This document shows, piece after piece, positions 39,307-49,276 of a stretch of 64,000 bases of DNA (position 1 is its first letter; each line of letters begins with the position of its first letter). The stretch comes from Nitrososphaerota archaeon. GTDB taxonomy: Archaea > Thermoproteota > Nitrososphaeria_A > Caldarchaeales > Calditenuaceae. The translations under genes were made by a program, and so were the position numbers. Below the pieces are notes generated by a model. It saw only the letters and a program-made list of their open reading frames with translations. It had not been told where the DNA came from and did no database searches. The stretch is taken from contig JAVQSZ010000001.1 in assembly GCA_033581555.1 (NCBI GenBank), forward strand, positions 128,001 to 192,000, in the 5' to 3' direction.

Positions 39307-39699
39307 ATGGAGTACCATCACACGGTTGAGAACGCCTACGAGTACCCGGCTGGCAGGGGGATGACCGCCTACCTCGAGGGGCTGAAGGAGGGGAAGCTGG
39401 TTGGGATGGAGTGTGAGGGCTGTGGAGAGCGAATGATACCGCCGCTCGGGTTCTGCACCAAGTGCATGTCGCACGACGTCAAGTTCGTTGAGGCGCCACA
39501 GGTCGGAACGGTCTTGACTTGGACGACGGACCCGGAGGGCCTGAAGTGGGTCTTCGTCTGCTTCGAGGGCTTCGAGGGAGGGATCCTCCACAGGTTCGTC
39601 GGGGACGGCGAGCCGCGGGTCGGGATGAGGGTGAGGCCGAAGTTCAGGGGCAGAAGGGTAGGAAGCGTCCTGGACCTGCTGGGCTTCGAGCCCGTCTGA
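39307..39699 (+). CDS. DUF35 Zn-ribbon/OB-fold protein
   Basis: CEGC...PPLGFCTKC, RVGMRVRPKF. Confidence 0.9.
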   Translation: MEYHHTVENAYEYPAGRGMTAYLEGLKEGKLVGMECEGCGERMIPPLGFCTKCMSHDVKFVEAPQVGTVLTWTTDPEGLKWVFVCFEGFEGGILHRFVGDGEPRVGMRVRPKFRGRRVGSVLDLLGFEPV

Positions 39700-39711
39700 G
39701 CGCCACCGGAC

Positions 39712-41700
39712 CTACTGCTTCTTTCCCCTCATCTGCTCCGCGAACCTCTCGTAGAACTCGAGGCACTCGGCGTTCACTATCGCCTCCCTGTTCGTGACCG
39801 GCCTGCCCCTCAGTATGTTCGCGACTGCTATCTCCACCTTCTTCAGGTTGAAGGTGTAGGGGATGTCGGGAGCCTGGACTATAAGGTCGGGGACGTGCCT
39901 CGGCGATGCCTCCTCCCTCAGCCTCCTCCTGATCCTCTCCTTCAGCTCCTCAGTGAGCTCCTGGCCCTCCCTCAGCTTCACGAAGAGGACCACCCTGACG
40001 TCGTCGCCCTCGCCGTAGCCGACCGCCAGGCTGTCCGCGACCTCCGGGACCGTCTCGACGATCCTGTAGATCTCCGCGGTCCCTATCCTCACGCCCTTCA
40101 CCTTGAGGGTCGCGTCGGACCTCCCGTGGATCACCGTGCTCCTCGTGTCTGAGAAGATCGTCACCCAGTCTCCGTGCCTCCAGACGTTCCTCCCGACGTG
40201 CCTGAAGTGCTCGAAGTAGCTCTCGAGGTACCTCCTGTTATCAGGGTCGTTCCAGAAGTAGACGGGCATCGACGGCGAGGGTGCCTCACAGACCAGCTCG
40301 CCCTCGACGTCGTAGACCGGGTTGCCGCGCTCGTCGTAGGCCTTGACCTTCATCCCCAGAGCTGGGGCCTGGAGCTCGCCGGCGTAGACGGGAAGGGTCG
40401 GGCTGCCCGCGAAGAAGCACCCGTTGATGTCGGTCCCGCCGGAGATCGAGTTGAACCAAAGGTCGCGCTTGACGTGCTCGTAGGCCCAGACGAAGCCCTC
40501 CGCGGACAGAGGCGAGCCCGTCTGGGAGATCTCCCTGAGTCCGCCCAGGTCGAAGGCCTCGCCGGGCTCGGCGTTGGCAGCCCTGAGGGCGTTGACGTAG
40601 CTCGCGCTGCATCCGAGGACGTTGATCCCCTCCTCCTCGACGACCCTCCACATCGTCCTCCAGTCGGGGTGGAGCGGGTTACCGTCGAAGACTACCAGCT
40701 TCGACCCTACCGCGAGCGAGCTCGTGACCCAGTTCCACATCATCCAGCTCGGCGAGGTGATGTAGGTGATTGCGTGCTCAGGCCTGAGGTCGTGGTGGAG
40801 GACGAGCTCCTTCAGGTGGTTGACCAGGACGCCGGCGACGCTCTGGACCATGCACTTCGGCCTCCCAGTGGTCCCGGAGGAGAACATCACGTAGACCGGG
40901 TGGTTCGCCTCCACCTGCTCGAACCTCAAGGCCTCGGCCTCCCCCTTCCCGGAGAGGACCTCCGTCGTGGCGATGGCGTTCGGTATGCTGGAGACGTCGA
41001 CCCTCTCCTTCCTCCTGCTGATCACCAGGACCCTCCTGAGCGAAGGCACGGCCCTCGCGATCCTCGTGACGGTCTCCCTCAGGTCCGTCGTCCTCCCCTT
41101 GTACGTCGAGCTGTCCACCGTGACCAAGACCTTCGGCTCGAGCTGGCCGAGCCTGTCGACGACCGCGGTGTAGCCCATCTCTGTCCCCGTGGAGGCCCAG
41201 ATGGCGCCTAGGCTCGTGGCGGCGAGCATGCAGATCACGGTCTCGGCGACGTTCGGCATGTAGGCGACGACCCTGTCACCGACGCCGACCCCCTCCTCCT
41301 TCAAGAACTCCCTGTACCTCGCGACCTCGAGGTGTAGGTCCCTGTAGGTGTAGACATCCCTCTCCAGGGACTCGTCCCGCTGGACGATCGCGACCCGACC
41401 GTCGTCATGCCTGAGGAGGTTCTCGGCGAAGTTGAGCCTCGCCCCGACGAACCACCTCGCGCCGGGGAACTTGCTGAGGTCGTCGACGACCGCGTCGTAG
41501 GGCCTTGAGGACTTGATCCCCAGGAAGTCCCAGGCGTCTGACCAGAACTGCGGAACGTTCTCTATCGACCAGTCGTAGAGCTCGAAGTAGCCCGTGAGCT
41601 CCAGGGACCTCCTCCTGTTCACGAAATCGATGAACGCGGAGACGTTCGAACGGCTGACGTCCTCCTCGGAGGGCGACCAGAGGAGCCTGTGGGACGGCAT
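39712..41700 (-). CDS. Acetoacetate--CoA ligase (acetoacetyl-CoA synthetase)
   Basis: WFVGARLNFAENLL, MFSSGTTGRPKCMV, WMMWNW, SISGGTD, GRSDATL. Confidence 0.9.
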   Translation of the reverse strand: MPSHRLLWSPSEEDVSRSNVSAFIDFVNRRRSLELTGYFELYDWSIENVPQFWSDAWDFLGIKSSRPYDAVVDDLSKFPGARWFVGARLNFAENLLRHDDGRVAIVQRDESLERDVYTYRDLHLEVARYREFLKEEGVGVGDRVVAYMPNVAETVICMLAATSLGAIWASTGTEMGYTAVVDRLGQLEPKVLVTVDSSTYKGRTTDLRETVTRIARAVPSLRRVLVISRRKERVDVSSIPNAIATTEVLSGKGEAEALRFEQVEANHPVYVMFSSGTTGRPKCMVQSVAGVLVNHLKELVLHHDLRPEHAITYITSPSWMMWNWVTSSLAVGSKLVVFDGNPLHPDWRTMWRVVEEEGINVLGCSASYVNALRAANAEPGEAFDLGGLREISQTGSPLSAEGFVWAYEHVKRDLWFNSISGGTDINGCFFAGSPTLPVYAGELQAPALGMKVKAYDERGNPVYDVEGELVCEAPSPSMPVYFWNDPDNRRYLESYFEHFRHVGRNVWRHGDWVTIFSDTRSTVIHGRSDATLKVKGVRIGTAEIYRIVETVPEVADSLAVGYGEGDDVRVVLFVKLREGQELTEELKERIRRRLREEASPRHVPDLIVQAPDIPYTFNLKKVEIAVANILRGRPVTNREAIVNAECLEFYERFAEQMRGKKQ

Positions 41701-41749
41701 TCACGATCAGTCCCCGAGGCCCGCATATAAGCGGTTCCGGGCGACGGCG

Positions 41750-43123
41750 CTACCTCCTCCTCGACCTTCTCCTCTCCCTCCTCCTGCCCCTCACCGCGAC
41801 GAGCGCGAGGGCGGCCAGCAGGACCGCGAAGAAGGCCAGCTCGACCGAGAAGGCCAGGAGGTCTGAGAGGGGGAGCGGGGCTCCGGCCTGAGGGGAGGTC
41901 TGGCCGGTTCCAGCAGCTTGGGTTGGAGTCGTGACCACCACGGCCGACTCCCCTTTCACCTCGATCCTCTGGGGCTGGCTCTCAGCCTCGTTGCCCTCAC
42001 CGTCGACCGCAACCACCACTACCTCGAGCTCTCCGGTGTAGCCCCTCAAGTCGACCGTCGCGGCGAAGCGTTCTCCGCCGATCGGCCGCATCGCTGCCAC
42101 AATCGGTCCACCAAGTGTGTTCAGGCGGACCGAGACGCCACCCTCGAGGAGGTCGCCGTCCAAGTCCCTCACGGTCGCCTCCACGTGCACCGACGGCCCG
42201 CTCTTCGCCTCCAGCTTGACGCCGCTGACCTCCGGCTTGAAGGTCATGTCGTAGTAATCGGCCTTCATCTGGGAGACGTCGAAGACGTAGACCCTCGAGG
42301 GCGACGGCGAGGCGACGAGGTCGGGCTTCACGCCGGTCAGCGAGTGCCACTTGACGCCTCCCCCCACCATCCCGATCCTCCCCTCGGCCTGGTCGACGAA
42401 GACCACCCTGCTGGCCTTCGCGGGCAGGACCAAGACCCTCGAGGAGACGCGGTACGGGAGCTCGAGGGCCCGCGAGGACCCATCGATACGGTAGACCCCG
42501 ATCCAAGCCTCCGATGCGACGGCCACGGCCTCCTCCGAGAGTGCAGCGATCGAGGATATCATGCCCTGGTGGGTCGCGACCCTCCTCACCTCCCACCGCT
42601 CCAGGTCGAGGGCGTGTATGCTCCTAAGGTCCTCGCCGACGAACCAGACCGTCCGGCCCGAAGAGCTCACGTGCCACGGGATCGACGAGGCCCCGACCCT
42701 CAGGTACCTGAGCTCCTCGCCGTCGAGGTCCAACAGGCTCAGCCCCGCGCCCTTGTGGACCAGGAAGCCCCCCGGGACCGGCCACACGCCCTCGATCCTC
42801 GTCCTGAACTCCCTCAACGGTGTCAGACGTTCGACGTCGACGACCACGTAGACGCCTCCGAGCCTCGAGTATGCCAGCGCCCTCGACCCAGAGACCGCGA
42901 GCCCGTCCGGCGCGAACCCGAGCTCCACCTTCCAGAGGCTCCCCGAGCCGATGTCGAAGACGGCGACCGACCTCTCTGCCGGAAGGGTCAGCAGCGCCCT
43001 TCCGTCCCGAATGACGGCGATCGAGGAGGGCGTCGACTTAACAGGCGGGTAGGCGACCTCGCTGGGGTAGAAGGAGACCAGGGCCACGACGAGGAGGGCG
43101 GCCAGCGCGGCTGTCGGGTGCAT
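41750..43123 (-). CDS. Exported beta-propeller + Ig-like surface protein with C-terminal TM anchor
   Basis: Signal peptide, repeated beta-blade patterns, T/Q/P-rich linker, TM followed by a poly-Arg tail. Confidence 0.65.
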   Translation of the reverse strand: MHPTAALAALLVVALVSFYPSEVAYPPVKSTPSSIAVIRDGRALLTLPAERSVAVFDIGSGSLWKVELGFAPDGLAVSGSRALAYSRLGGVYVVVDVERLTPLREFRTRIEGVWPVPGGFLVHKGAGLSLLDLDGEELRYLRVGASSIPWHVSSSGRTVWFVGEDLRSIHALDLERWEVRRVATHQGMISSIAALSEEAVAVASEAWIGVYRIDGSSRALELPYRVSSRVLVLPAKASRVVFVDQAEGRIGMVGGGVKWHSLTGVKPDLVASPSPSRVYVFDVSQMKADYYDMTFKPEVSGVKLEAKSGPSVHVEATVRDLDGDLLEGGVSVRLNTLGGPIVAAMRPIGGERFAATVDLRGYTGELEVVVVAVDGEGNEAESQPQRIEVKGESAVVVTTPTQAAGTGQTSPQAGAPLPLSDLLAFSVELAFFAVLLAALALVAVRGRRRERRRSRRR

Positions 43124-43213
43124 CCCCGGGGTCTCGCGGTCGGCGGTTAAAATCCCTAAAACCTCCTAAGCCCTGAGGCGAGCGGTTTTTAGCGGACAGG
43201 CCGATCGAGGGCC

Positions 43214-43453
43214 GTGAGCGGAAAGCCGGAGATCCACGACGTCTCCCTCAGGGTCAGGGGAGGTAACGAGGCCCTCATCAAGACCTTCGTGCTGGTGAAG
43301 CAGGGGAGGCTGGAGGTCTTGGAGGCCCGGATCTCGAGGGACGGCGAGCTCCACGAGGTCGCGATGAGGCTATCGGGGCCCGAAGCTAAGGTCAGGTGGT
43401 TCGTCGAGAAGGCCAGGGGCCTGCCCTACTACCTCGAGGTGAGGAAGCTCTGA
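43214..43453 (+). CDS. Small ACT-like domain protein
   Basis: 79 aa with a beta-alpha-beta pattern and host-like codon usage. Confidence 0.5.
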   Translation: MSGKPEIHDVSLRVRGGNEALIKTFVLVKQGRLEVLEARISRDGELHEVAMRLSGPEAKVRWFVEKARGLPYYLEVRKL

Positions 43454-43525
43454 GCGCGGGCCCCTGAACTCTGCCCCCGGCCGCGAAGTTCGCTTTATCT
43501 CGGACGCCGGAGCACGTGGACCGGG

Positions 43526-45307
43526 ATGGAGTTCAGGAGGCTCGCGGAGTACTACGAGAGGCTCGAGGCGACGACAAAGAGGCTCGAGATGAGGGACATA
43601 CTCGTCGAGCTGCTGAGGGAGGCGACGCCGGAGGAGGCACAGAGGATCGCGATGCTCTCGCTCGGCCGGCTCTATCCACCCTACGTCGGCATCGAGCTGG
43701 GCATGGCGGAGAAGCTCGCGATAAGGGCCATCAGGTCGGTGACCGGCGCCTCCGAGGCCGAGGTCGAGAGGCTGCTCGCGAAGAGAGGAGACTTGGGACT
43801 GGTGGCCGAGGAGCTCATCTCGAGGAGGAAGGCCCAGACGATCCTCCTCCAGGAACCCCTCACGGTCGAGCAGGTCTACGCCACCTTCGAGAGGATAGCC
43901 CGTGAGACCGGGGAGGGCGCGGTGGAGAACAAGGTCAAGCTGCTGACTGGCCTGCTCGCGAAGGCGGACCCCAAGGAGGCGAAGTACATCGTGAGGCTCG
44001 TGACGGGGACCATGAGGCTCGGGGTCGCGGACATGACGTTCATCGACGCTGCCTCCGCGTTGCTCGGGGACGTGGCGGCCTACAGGGACGAGATCGAGCG
44101 GGCCTACAACATATCCTCGGACATAGGTCAAGTCGTGAGGCTCGTGAAGGTGGGCGGGATCGAGGCGGTCAGGTCCGTGAGGCTGAGGGTCGGAGTGCCA
44201 GTGAGGCCGATGCTCGCGGAGAGGCTGACCTCCGCGGCCGAGATCCTCGAGAAGCTCGGGGGTAGGGGGCTCGCGGAGTACAAGTACGACGGCGAGCGGC
44301 TCCAGATCCACAAGGACGGGGACCGCGTGATGATCTTCTCCAGGAGGCAGGAGAACATCACGCACCAGTTCCCCGACGTCGTGAGGATGTGCTCCGAGAG
44401 GCTCCGCGTCAAGCAGGCGATCGTGGAGTGCGAGGCGGTCGCGATGGACCCGGACACGGGCTCGATGCTCCCGTTCCAGGAGCTGATGCACAGGAGGAGG
44501 AAGTACGACGTGGAGAAGGCCGCGGAGCTCTACCCGGTCGGGCTGTTCTTCTTCGACGCGATCTACGTCGACGGCCAGGACCTGATGGACAGGCCGCTCC
44601 CGGAGCGGAGGTCTGTGCTGGAGGAGATAGTCGAACCGTCGGAGGCCTTCGGGCTCACGGTCGCGAAGCTCGTGGACGACCAGGGAGACCTGGACTCCTT
44701 CCTGCAGAGGGCCGTCGAGGACGGATGCGAGGGCGTGATCGTGAAGGACGTCTCGCCGAGGTCCGTGTACAGGGCCGGCGCGAGGGGCTGGCTCTGGATC
44801 AAGTACAAGCGGTCCTACGTCTCGAAGCTCACCGACACCCTCGACCTGGTCGTGATAGGGGCCTTCCACGGGAAGGGGAAGAGGAGCGGGTGGTACGGGA
44901 CGCTGCTGATGGCCGCCTACGACCCGAAGACCGACACCTTCAAGAGCGTCTGCAAGGTGGGAACAGGGTTCAAGGAGGAGGACCTCGAGAGGCTGAAGTC
45001 GATGATCGACGAGCGCGTCGTTCCTGAGAAGCCCGCGAGGGTAGACTCGCTCATGCAGCCCGACGTCTGGGTGAGGCCTGAGATCGTGCTGGAGCTGGTG
45101 GGGGACGAGATCACGGTGAGCCCGATACACACCTGCGGCTGGGGGTCCGTCCAGCCCAACGCGGGCCTCGCTATCAGGTTCCCGAGGTTCACGGGCAGGT
45201 ACAGGTTCGACAAGGGTCCAGAGGACGCCACGACCGTCGAGGAGATCGTCGAGATGTACAGGTCCCAGCTCAAGACCGTCGTGCCTGAGGAGGGCGAGGT
45301 GGTCTGA
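43526..45307 (+). CDS. lig: ATP-dependent DNA ligase (archaeal replicative type)
   Basis: RPMLAERL, EYKYDGERLQ, EGVIVK, WIKYKRSY, AIRFPRF. Confidence 0.97.
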   Translation: MEFRRLAEYYERLEATTKRLEMRDILVELLREATPEEAQRIAMLSLGRLYPPYVGIELGMAEKLAIRAIRSVTGASEAEVERLLAKRGDLGLVAEELISRRKAQTILLQEPLTVEQVYATFERIARETGEGAVENKVKLLTGLLAKADPKEAKYIVRLVTGTMRLGVADMTFIDAASALLGDVAAYRDEIERAYNISSDIGQVVRLVKVGGIEAVRSVRLRVGVPVRPMLAERLTSAAEILEKLGGRGLAEYKYDGERLQIHKDGDRVMIFSRRQENITHQFPDVVRMCSERLRVKQAIVECEAVAMDPDTGSMLPFQELMHRRRKYDVEKAAELYPVGLFFFDAIYVDGQDLMDRPLPERRSVLEEIVEPSEAFGLTVAKLVDDQGDLDSFLQRAVEDGCEGVIVKDVSPRSVYRAGARGWLWIKYKRSYVSKLTDTLDLVVIGAFHGKGKRSGWYGTLLMAAYDPKTDTFKSVCKVGTGFKEEDLERLKSMIDERVVPEKPARVDSLMQPDVWVRPEIVLELVGDEITVSPIHTCGWGSVQPNAGLAIRFPRFTGRYRFDKGPEDATTVEEIVEMYRSQLKTVVPEEGEVV

Positions 45308-46278
45308 CCGGCGAGCCGGTCAGAGACCTGGAGGCCCTCGTCACGGGCGTTCTCGCGGGGAGCAGGGTCCACGTGGCGAGGGCTCTCTCGCACGTCGAGT
45401 CCGGCGACTCCGTTGGGCTGGAGCTGCTGAGGAGGATAGGGCCGTCGGTCAGGGGGATACCTGTAATTGGCCTTGTAGGGCCGCCGGGAGCCGGGAAAAG
45501 CACGCTGGTCGCGAGGCTTGTCGCGGAGTTCATGTCGAGGGGCAAGAGGGTCGCGGTGCTGGCCGTGGACCCGTCGAGTCCGATCACGGGCGGCGCGGTC
45601 CTGGGCGACAGGGTCAGGCTGACCGGAGTCGTCTCCCACGACCAGGTCTTCTTCAGGAGCCTCGCGAGCAGGGGCGCACTCGGCGCGATCGCGAGGAACG
45701 TCAGGGCGATGACGAGGGTCCTCGACGCGGCGGGGTTCGACGTGATCCTGATCGAGACGGTTGGGGCCGGGCAGTCCGACGTGGAGATCATGAGCGTCGC
45801 GGACCTCGTCGTGGTCGTGGTCACCCCTGACTTCGGAGACAGCATACAGGCAGTAAAGGCGGGCCTCCTCGAGATCGGTGACCTCTACGTCGTCAACAAG
45901 TCCGACAACCCGGCGGCGAACGCGATGAAGATCACGCTGGAGAGCATGCTCACGGGGAGGAAGGGTGCGGTCGTGCTCAAGACCGTTGCAGCGACCGGGG
46001 CTGGCGTATCCGAGCTGGCGACGAGGATGCTCGCCCAGTTCGAGGAGCTCTCGAGGTCCGGCGAGCTGGAGAGGAGGAGGGCCAGGATCTTCGAGAAGGA
46101 GGTCGTCGAGGCCGCGTTGTCCGAGCTCCAGGAGTCGCTGAGGGAGCTGATGAGGTCCGAGTCGGTCACCGAGTGGTTGGGGTCAGAGATCAAGGCCGGA
46201 GCGGAGCCGAGGGACCTCGCGAGAAGGGTGATAAGGACGCTGCTGGAGAGGAAGACCGCGGAGCTCAGAGCGGGCTGA
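45304..46278 (+). CDS. meaB: MeaB/ArgK GTPase (B12-mutase chaperone family)
   Basis: GPPGAGKST, AVDPSSPITGGAVLGDRVR, ETVGAGQ, VNKSD. Start uncertain (CTG 45304 or GTG 45373). Confidence 0.9.
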   Translation: MTGEPVRDLEALVTGVLAGSRVHVARALSHVESGDSVGLELLRRIGPSVRGIPVIGLVGPPGAGKSTLVARLVAEFMSRGKRVAVLAVDPSSPITGGAVLGDRVRLTGVVSHDQVFFRSLASRGALGAIARNVRAMTRVLDAAGFDVILIETVGAGQSDVEIMSVADLVVVVVTPDFGDSIQAVKAGLLEIGDLYVVNKSDNPAANAMKITLESMLTGRKGAVVLKTVAATGAGVSELATRMLAQFEELSRSGELERRRARIFEKEVVEAALSELQESLRELMRSESVTEWLGSEIKAGAEPRDLARRVIRTLLERKTAELRAG

Positions 46279-47236
46279 CGATCCCCGGTATCCTGGGGAA
46301 GGGCTGGACCTCTGCGACGTGCCTCGCGCCGACGACGTAGGCGACGAACCTCTCAACCCCTAGCCCCGCGCCCGCCGACGGCTTCAGCTTCCCCTCCATC
46401 GCGAGCCTCAGCAGGACCTCGTAGTCCTCAGGCCTGAGGCCGTCCCGCTTGATCTTCGTGAGCATCTTCTCGTAGTCGTGCTCCCTCTCGGCGCCCGAGA
46501 GGACCTCCCCGTAGCCCTCGGGCATGTAGAGGTCGTAGTTCCTCCAGGTCCCGGTCTCGAAGTCCTCGAAGTCGTAGAACTCCCTGGGTATGTCGGTGAC
46601 CCAGACCGGCTCCTCGATCTTGTGGGGCAGGACCCTCTCCCACTCGGGACCATAGGCCCTCTCGAGCTCCCTCCTGCTCACGACCCTGAAGGGCGTCCCG
46701 AAGTCCCTCAGCTCCCTCCCGATCTCCCTCAGATCCTCTGAGAGCTCCGACCTGACGGCCCTGATCGCGCTCGTCACGAGCCTCTCGTACACCCTGAAGA
46801 CGTCCTCCATCCTCCCATAGGCGATCTCCGTCTCGAGCTGGGTGAACTCGTAGAGGTGCCACCCCGTCTTTCCCCTCTCCCTCTTCTCGATCCTTATGTT
46901 CGGGGAGAGGATGAAGAACTTCGGCGGCCCGAGCGAGACCAGGACCCTCTTGTGAACGATCATCGACTGCATCGTCCTGACCCTCACCCCGTAGACTTCG
47001 AGCTCCGGCCTCGTCTCGATGCTCGCGCCGGGATCCGGCCAGAGCGGGTCGGTCGTCCTTGAGAGCATCACGGGGAGCACCCACTCGAAGCCCATGTCGA
47101 GCAGCTCCTCGACCATCGACCTCAGCACCACGGTCCCCGCCCTGTAAGCGATCAATCTCCGCCTCGCGCCCATCGACTCGACCTTAGTCAGCTCCTCGAG
47201 GAGCCCGTCGTCGACCGTCTTGGGCTTCAGCATCAC
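46265..47236 (-). CDS. asnA: Asparagine synthetase A, archaeal AsnRS-like type
   Basis: TDPLWPDP, SMIVHK, SPNIRIE, YDLYMPEGYGEVLSGAERE, SAGAGLGVER; no anticodon-binding domain. Confidence 0.88.
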   Translation of the reverse strand: MMLKPKTVDDGLLEELTKVESMGARRRLIAYRAGTVVLRSMVEELLDMGFEWVLPVMLSRTTDPLWPDPGASIETRPELEVYGVRVRTMQSMIVHKRVLVSLGPPKFFILSPNIRIEKRERGKTGWHLYEFTQLETEIAYGRMEDVFRVYERLVTSAIRAVRSELSEDLREIGRELRDFGTPFRVVSRRELERAYGPEWERVLPHKIEEPVWVTDIPREFYDFEDFETGTWRNYDLYMPEGYGEVLSGAEREHDYEKMLTKIKRDGLRPEDYEVLLRLAMEGKLKPSAGAGLGVERFVAYVVGARHVAEVQPFPRIPGIVSPL

Positions 47237-47482
47237 GTCCCCTCCCTGAACCGACTCTTTAATATACGTGTCGTTTGATCGGAGTTTGGCGCAAATTCAC
47301 GTTGATGCAAGCCTCAAAGCCCTACTTCCTCCGGTATTTTGACGAGATCTATGATCATTTCAGTCAGATTGACAACAATCGTCGGGCATCCAACGAATGA
47401 ACCGTCCAGGTGACGAAGGGCCAGGTAAGCCACCGGGAAGTGACGCAGCTGGACTATTAATGACTCGGCGGATGGGACGGGA

Positions 47483-49276
47483 GTGGGCATGGGAGAGAGG
47501 TGGGTGAGGGAGCCGATAGTGGTGGTCCTCGGGCACGTCGACCACGGGAAGACCAGCCTCCTAGACAGGATGAGGGGGACGATCGTCGCGGCGAGGGAGG
47601 CCGGAGGGATCACGCAGCACATAGGCGCGAGCTTCTTCCCCTACGACGCGATCCTCGAGACCTGCAGGATGCTCCTGGGCGAGGTCAGGGCCGAGATCAA
47701 GCTGCCGGGCCTTCTCTTCATCGACACGCCTGGCCACGCGGCCTTCGCTAACCTGAGGAGGAGGGGAGGCTCGGTCGCGGACATGGCGATCCTCGTGGTC
47801 GACGCGATCCAGGGCGTCCAGGAGCAGACCGTCGAGAGCGTACAGCTCCTCAGGTCGAGGAGGACGCCGTTCGTCGTGGCGCTCAACAAGGTCGACCTGA
47901 TCCCGGGGTGGAAACCGGTCCCGGGCGCGCCGCTGAAGGAAACGCTCTCGAGGCAGCACCAGAAGGCCGTCGAGGAGCTCGAAAAGAGGACCTACGCGCT
48001 GGTCGGCGAGCTGGCGAGGTACGGCTTCACCGCGGACCTCTACACCAGGATCAGGGACTTCACGAGGACGCTCGCGGTGGTCCCGGTCAGCGCTAAGACC
48101 GGCGAGGGCGTACCAGATCTCCTCCTCCTGATGATCGGACTGGCCCAGGCCTACATGACCAAGAGGCTAGAGGTCTCGGAGGACGAAATCGAGGGCGTGG
48201 TCCTCGAGGTCGTTGAGGAGGTCGGGCTCGGGGCGACGGCGAACGTAATCCTCAGCTCCGGGGTCCTAAGGGAAGGCGACAGGGTCGTGATGATGGGGAG
48301 GAGGGGCCCGGTCGTCGCGAAGGTCAGGGCCCTTCTGCTCCCCAAACCCCTAGACGAGATGAGGGACCCGCGGGACGTCTTCAAGCGGGTCGAGTCGGTC
48401 AGGGCAGCGGCGGGCGTGAAGTTAGTCGCCGAGGGTCTCGACGAGGTCTACCCTGGCTCACCGGTCTTTGGGCTGAGGCGCGACGAGGACCTGGGCGCCG
48501 CGGTCGAGAGGCTACAGGAGGAGCTCGAGGAGTTCAGGATCACGACCGACAGGATAGGTGTCGTCGCGAAGGCTGACACGCTCGGGTCGCTGGAGGTCCT
48601 CGTCAACTACCTGAGGGAGCGCGGGGTCCCGATAAGGCTGGCGGACATAGGCGACGTCTCGAAGAGGGACGTAGTCGAGGCGGAGGTGGTCCACATGAAG
48701 GACAAGTACCTCGGGAACGTGATCGCGTTCAACGTCGACGTCGACAAGGAGATCGAGCTTGAGGCGAACAGCAGGGGCATCAGGATCTTCAGGGGCGAGG
48801 TCCTCTTCAGGCTGGTCGACGAATACCTGAACTGGGTCGCGGAGAGAAAGAGGGAAGAGGAGGAGGCGGAGTTCGGGAAGCTCGTGAAGCCGGGGAAGAT
48901 CAAGTTCCTCGAGGGCTTCGTCTTCAGGAGGAGCGACCCCGCGATATTCGGCGTCGAAGTCCTCGCGGGCGAGATCGCGCCCGGCGTGAAGCTGGTCAAC
49001 TCGTCCGGAAGGCAGGTCGGCGACGTGCACCAGATCCAGGAGATGGGCAGGCCGCTCCCAAGGGCCACCGCGGGCATGAAGGTCGCGATCTCGATCAGGG
49101 GCGTTACCGTGGGCAGGCAGGTGAAGGAGGGCGAGACGCTGTACGTCCTGGTCCCGGAGAGGGACGCCAGGCTCCTGGTCACGAAGTTTTCGTCTAAGCT
49201 CGACGAGCATTCCCTGAGGGCGCTCGAGGAGCTGATCGGGCTGATGAGGAAGGTCGACCCGCTCTGGGCAAGGTGA
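47483..49276 (+). CDS. infB: Translation initiation factor aIF5B (IF-2)
   Basis: GHVDHGKT, EAGGITQHIGA, DTPGH, NKVD, KADTLGSLE. Confidence 0.97.
   Translation: MGMGERWVREPIVVVLGHVDHGKTSLLDRMRGTIVAAREAGGITQHIGASFFPYDAILETCRMLLGEVRAEIKLPGLLFIDTPGHAAFANLRRRGGSVADMAILVVDAIQGVQEQTVESVQLLRSRRTPFVVALNKVDLIPGWKPVPGAPLKETLSRQHQKAVEELEKRTYALVGELARYGFTADLYTRIRDFTRTLAVVPVSAKTGEGVPDLLLLMIGLAQAYMTKRLEVSEDEIEGVVLEVVEEVGLGATANVILSSGVLREGDRVVMMGRRGPVVAKVRALLLPKPLDEMRDPRDVFKRVESVRAAAGVKLVAEGLDEVYPGSPVFGLRRDEDLGAAVERLQEELEEFRITTDRIGVVAKADTLGSLEVLVNYLRERGVPIRLADIGDVSKRDVVEAEVVHMKDKYLGNVIAFNVDVDKEIELEANSRGIRIFRGEVLFRLVDEYLNWVAERKREEEEAEFGKLVKPGKIKFLEGFVFRRSDPAIFGVEVLAGEIAPGVKLVNSSGRQVGDVHQIQEMGRPLPRATAGMKVAISIRGVTVGRQVKEGETLYVLVPERDARLLVTKFSSKLDEHSLRALEELIGLMRKVDPLWAR

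Noticed and set aside
43370-45130. Long antisense and alternate-frame ORFs (e.g. 43370-45130, 22300-23391 extension, 27187-28410, 57323-58489, 37006-38046)
   Set aside because: Shadow ORFs of GC-rich genes with strong codon bias; no recognisable motifs, and they overlap confident genes
47237-47482. AT-richer 245-bp intergenic region as a possible sRNA or gene remnant
   Set aside because: No convincing C/D boxes, stable hairpin or protein motif; explainable as divergent promoters
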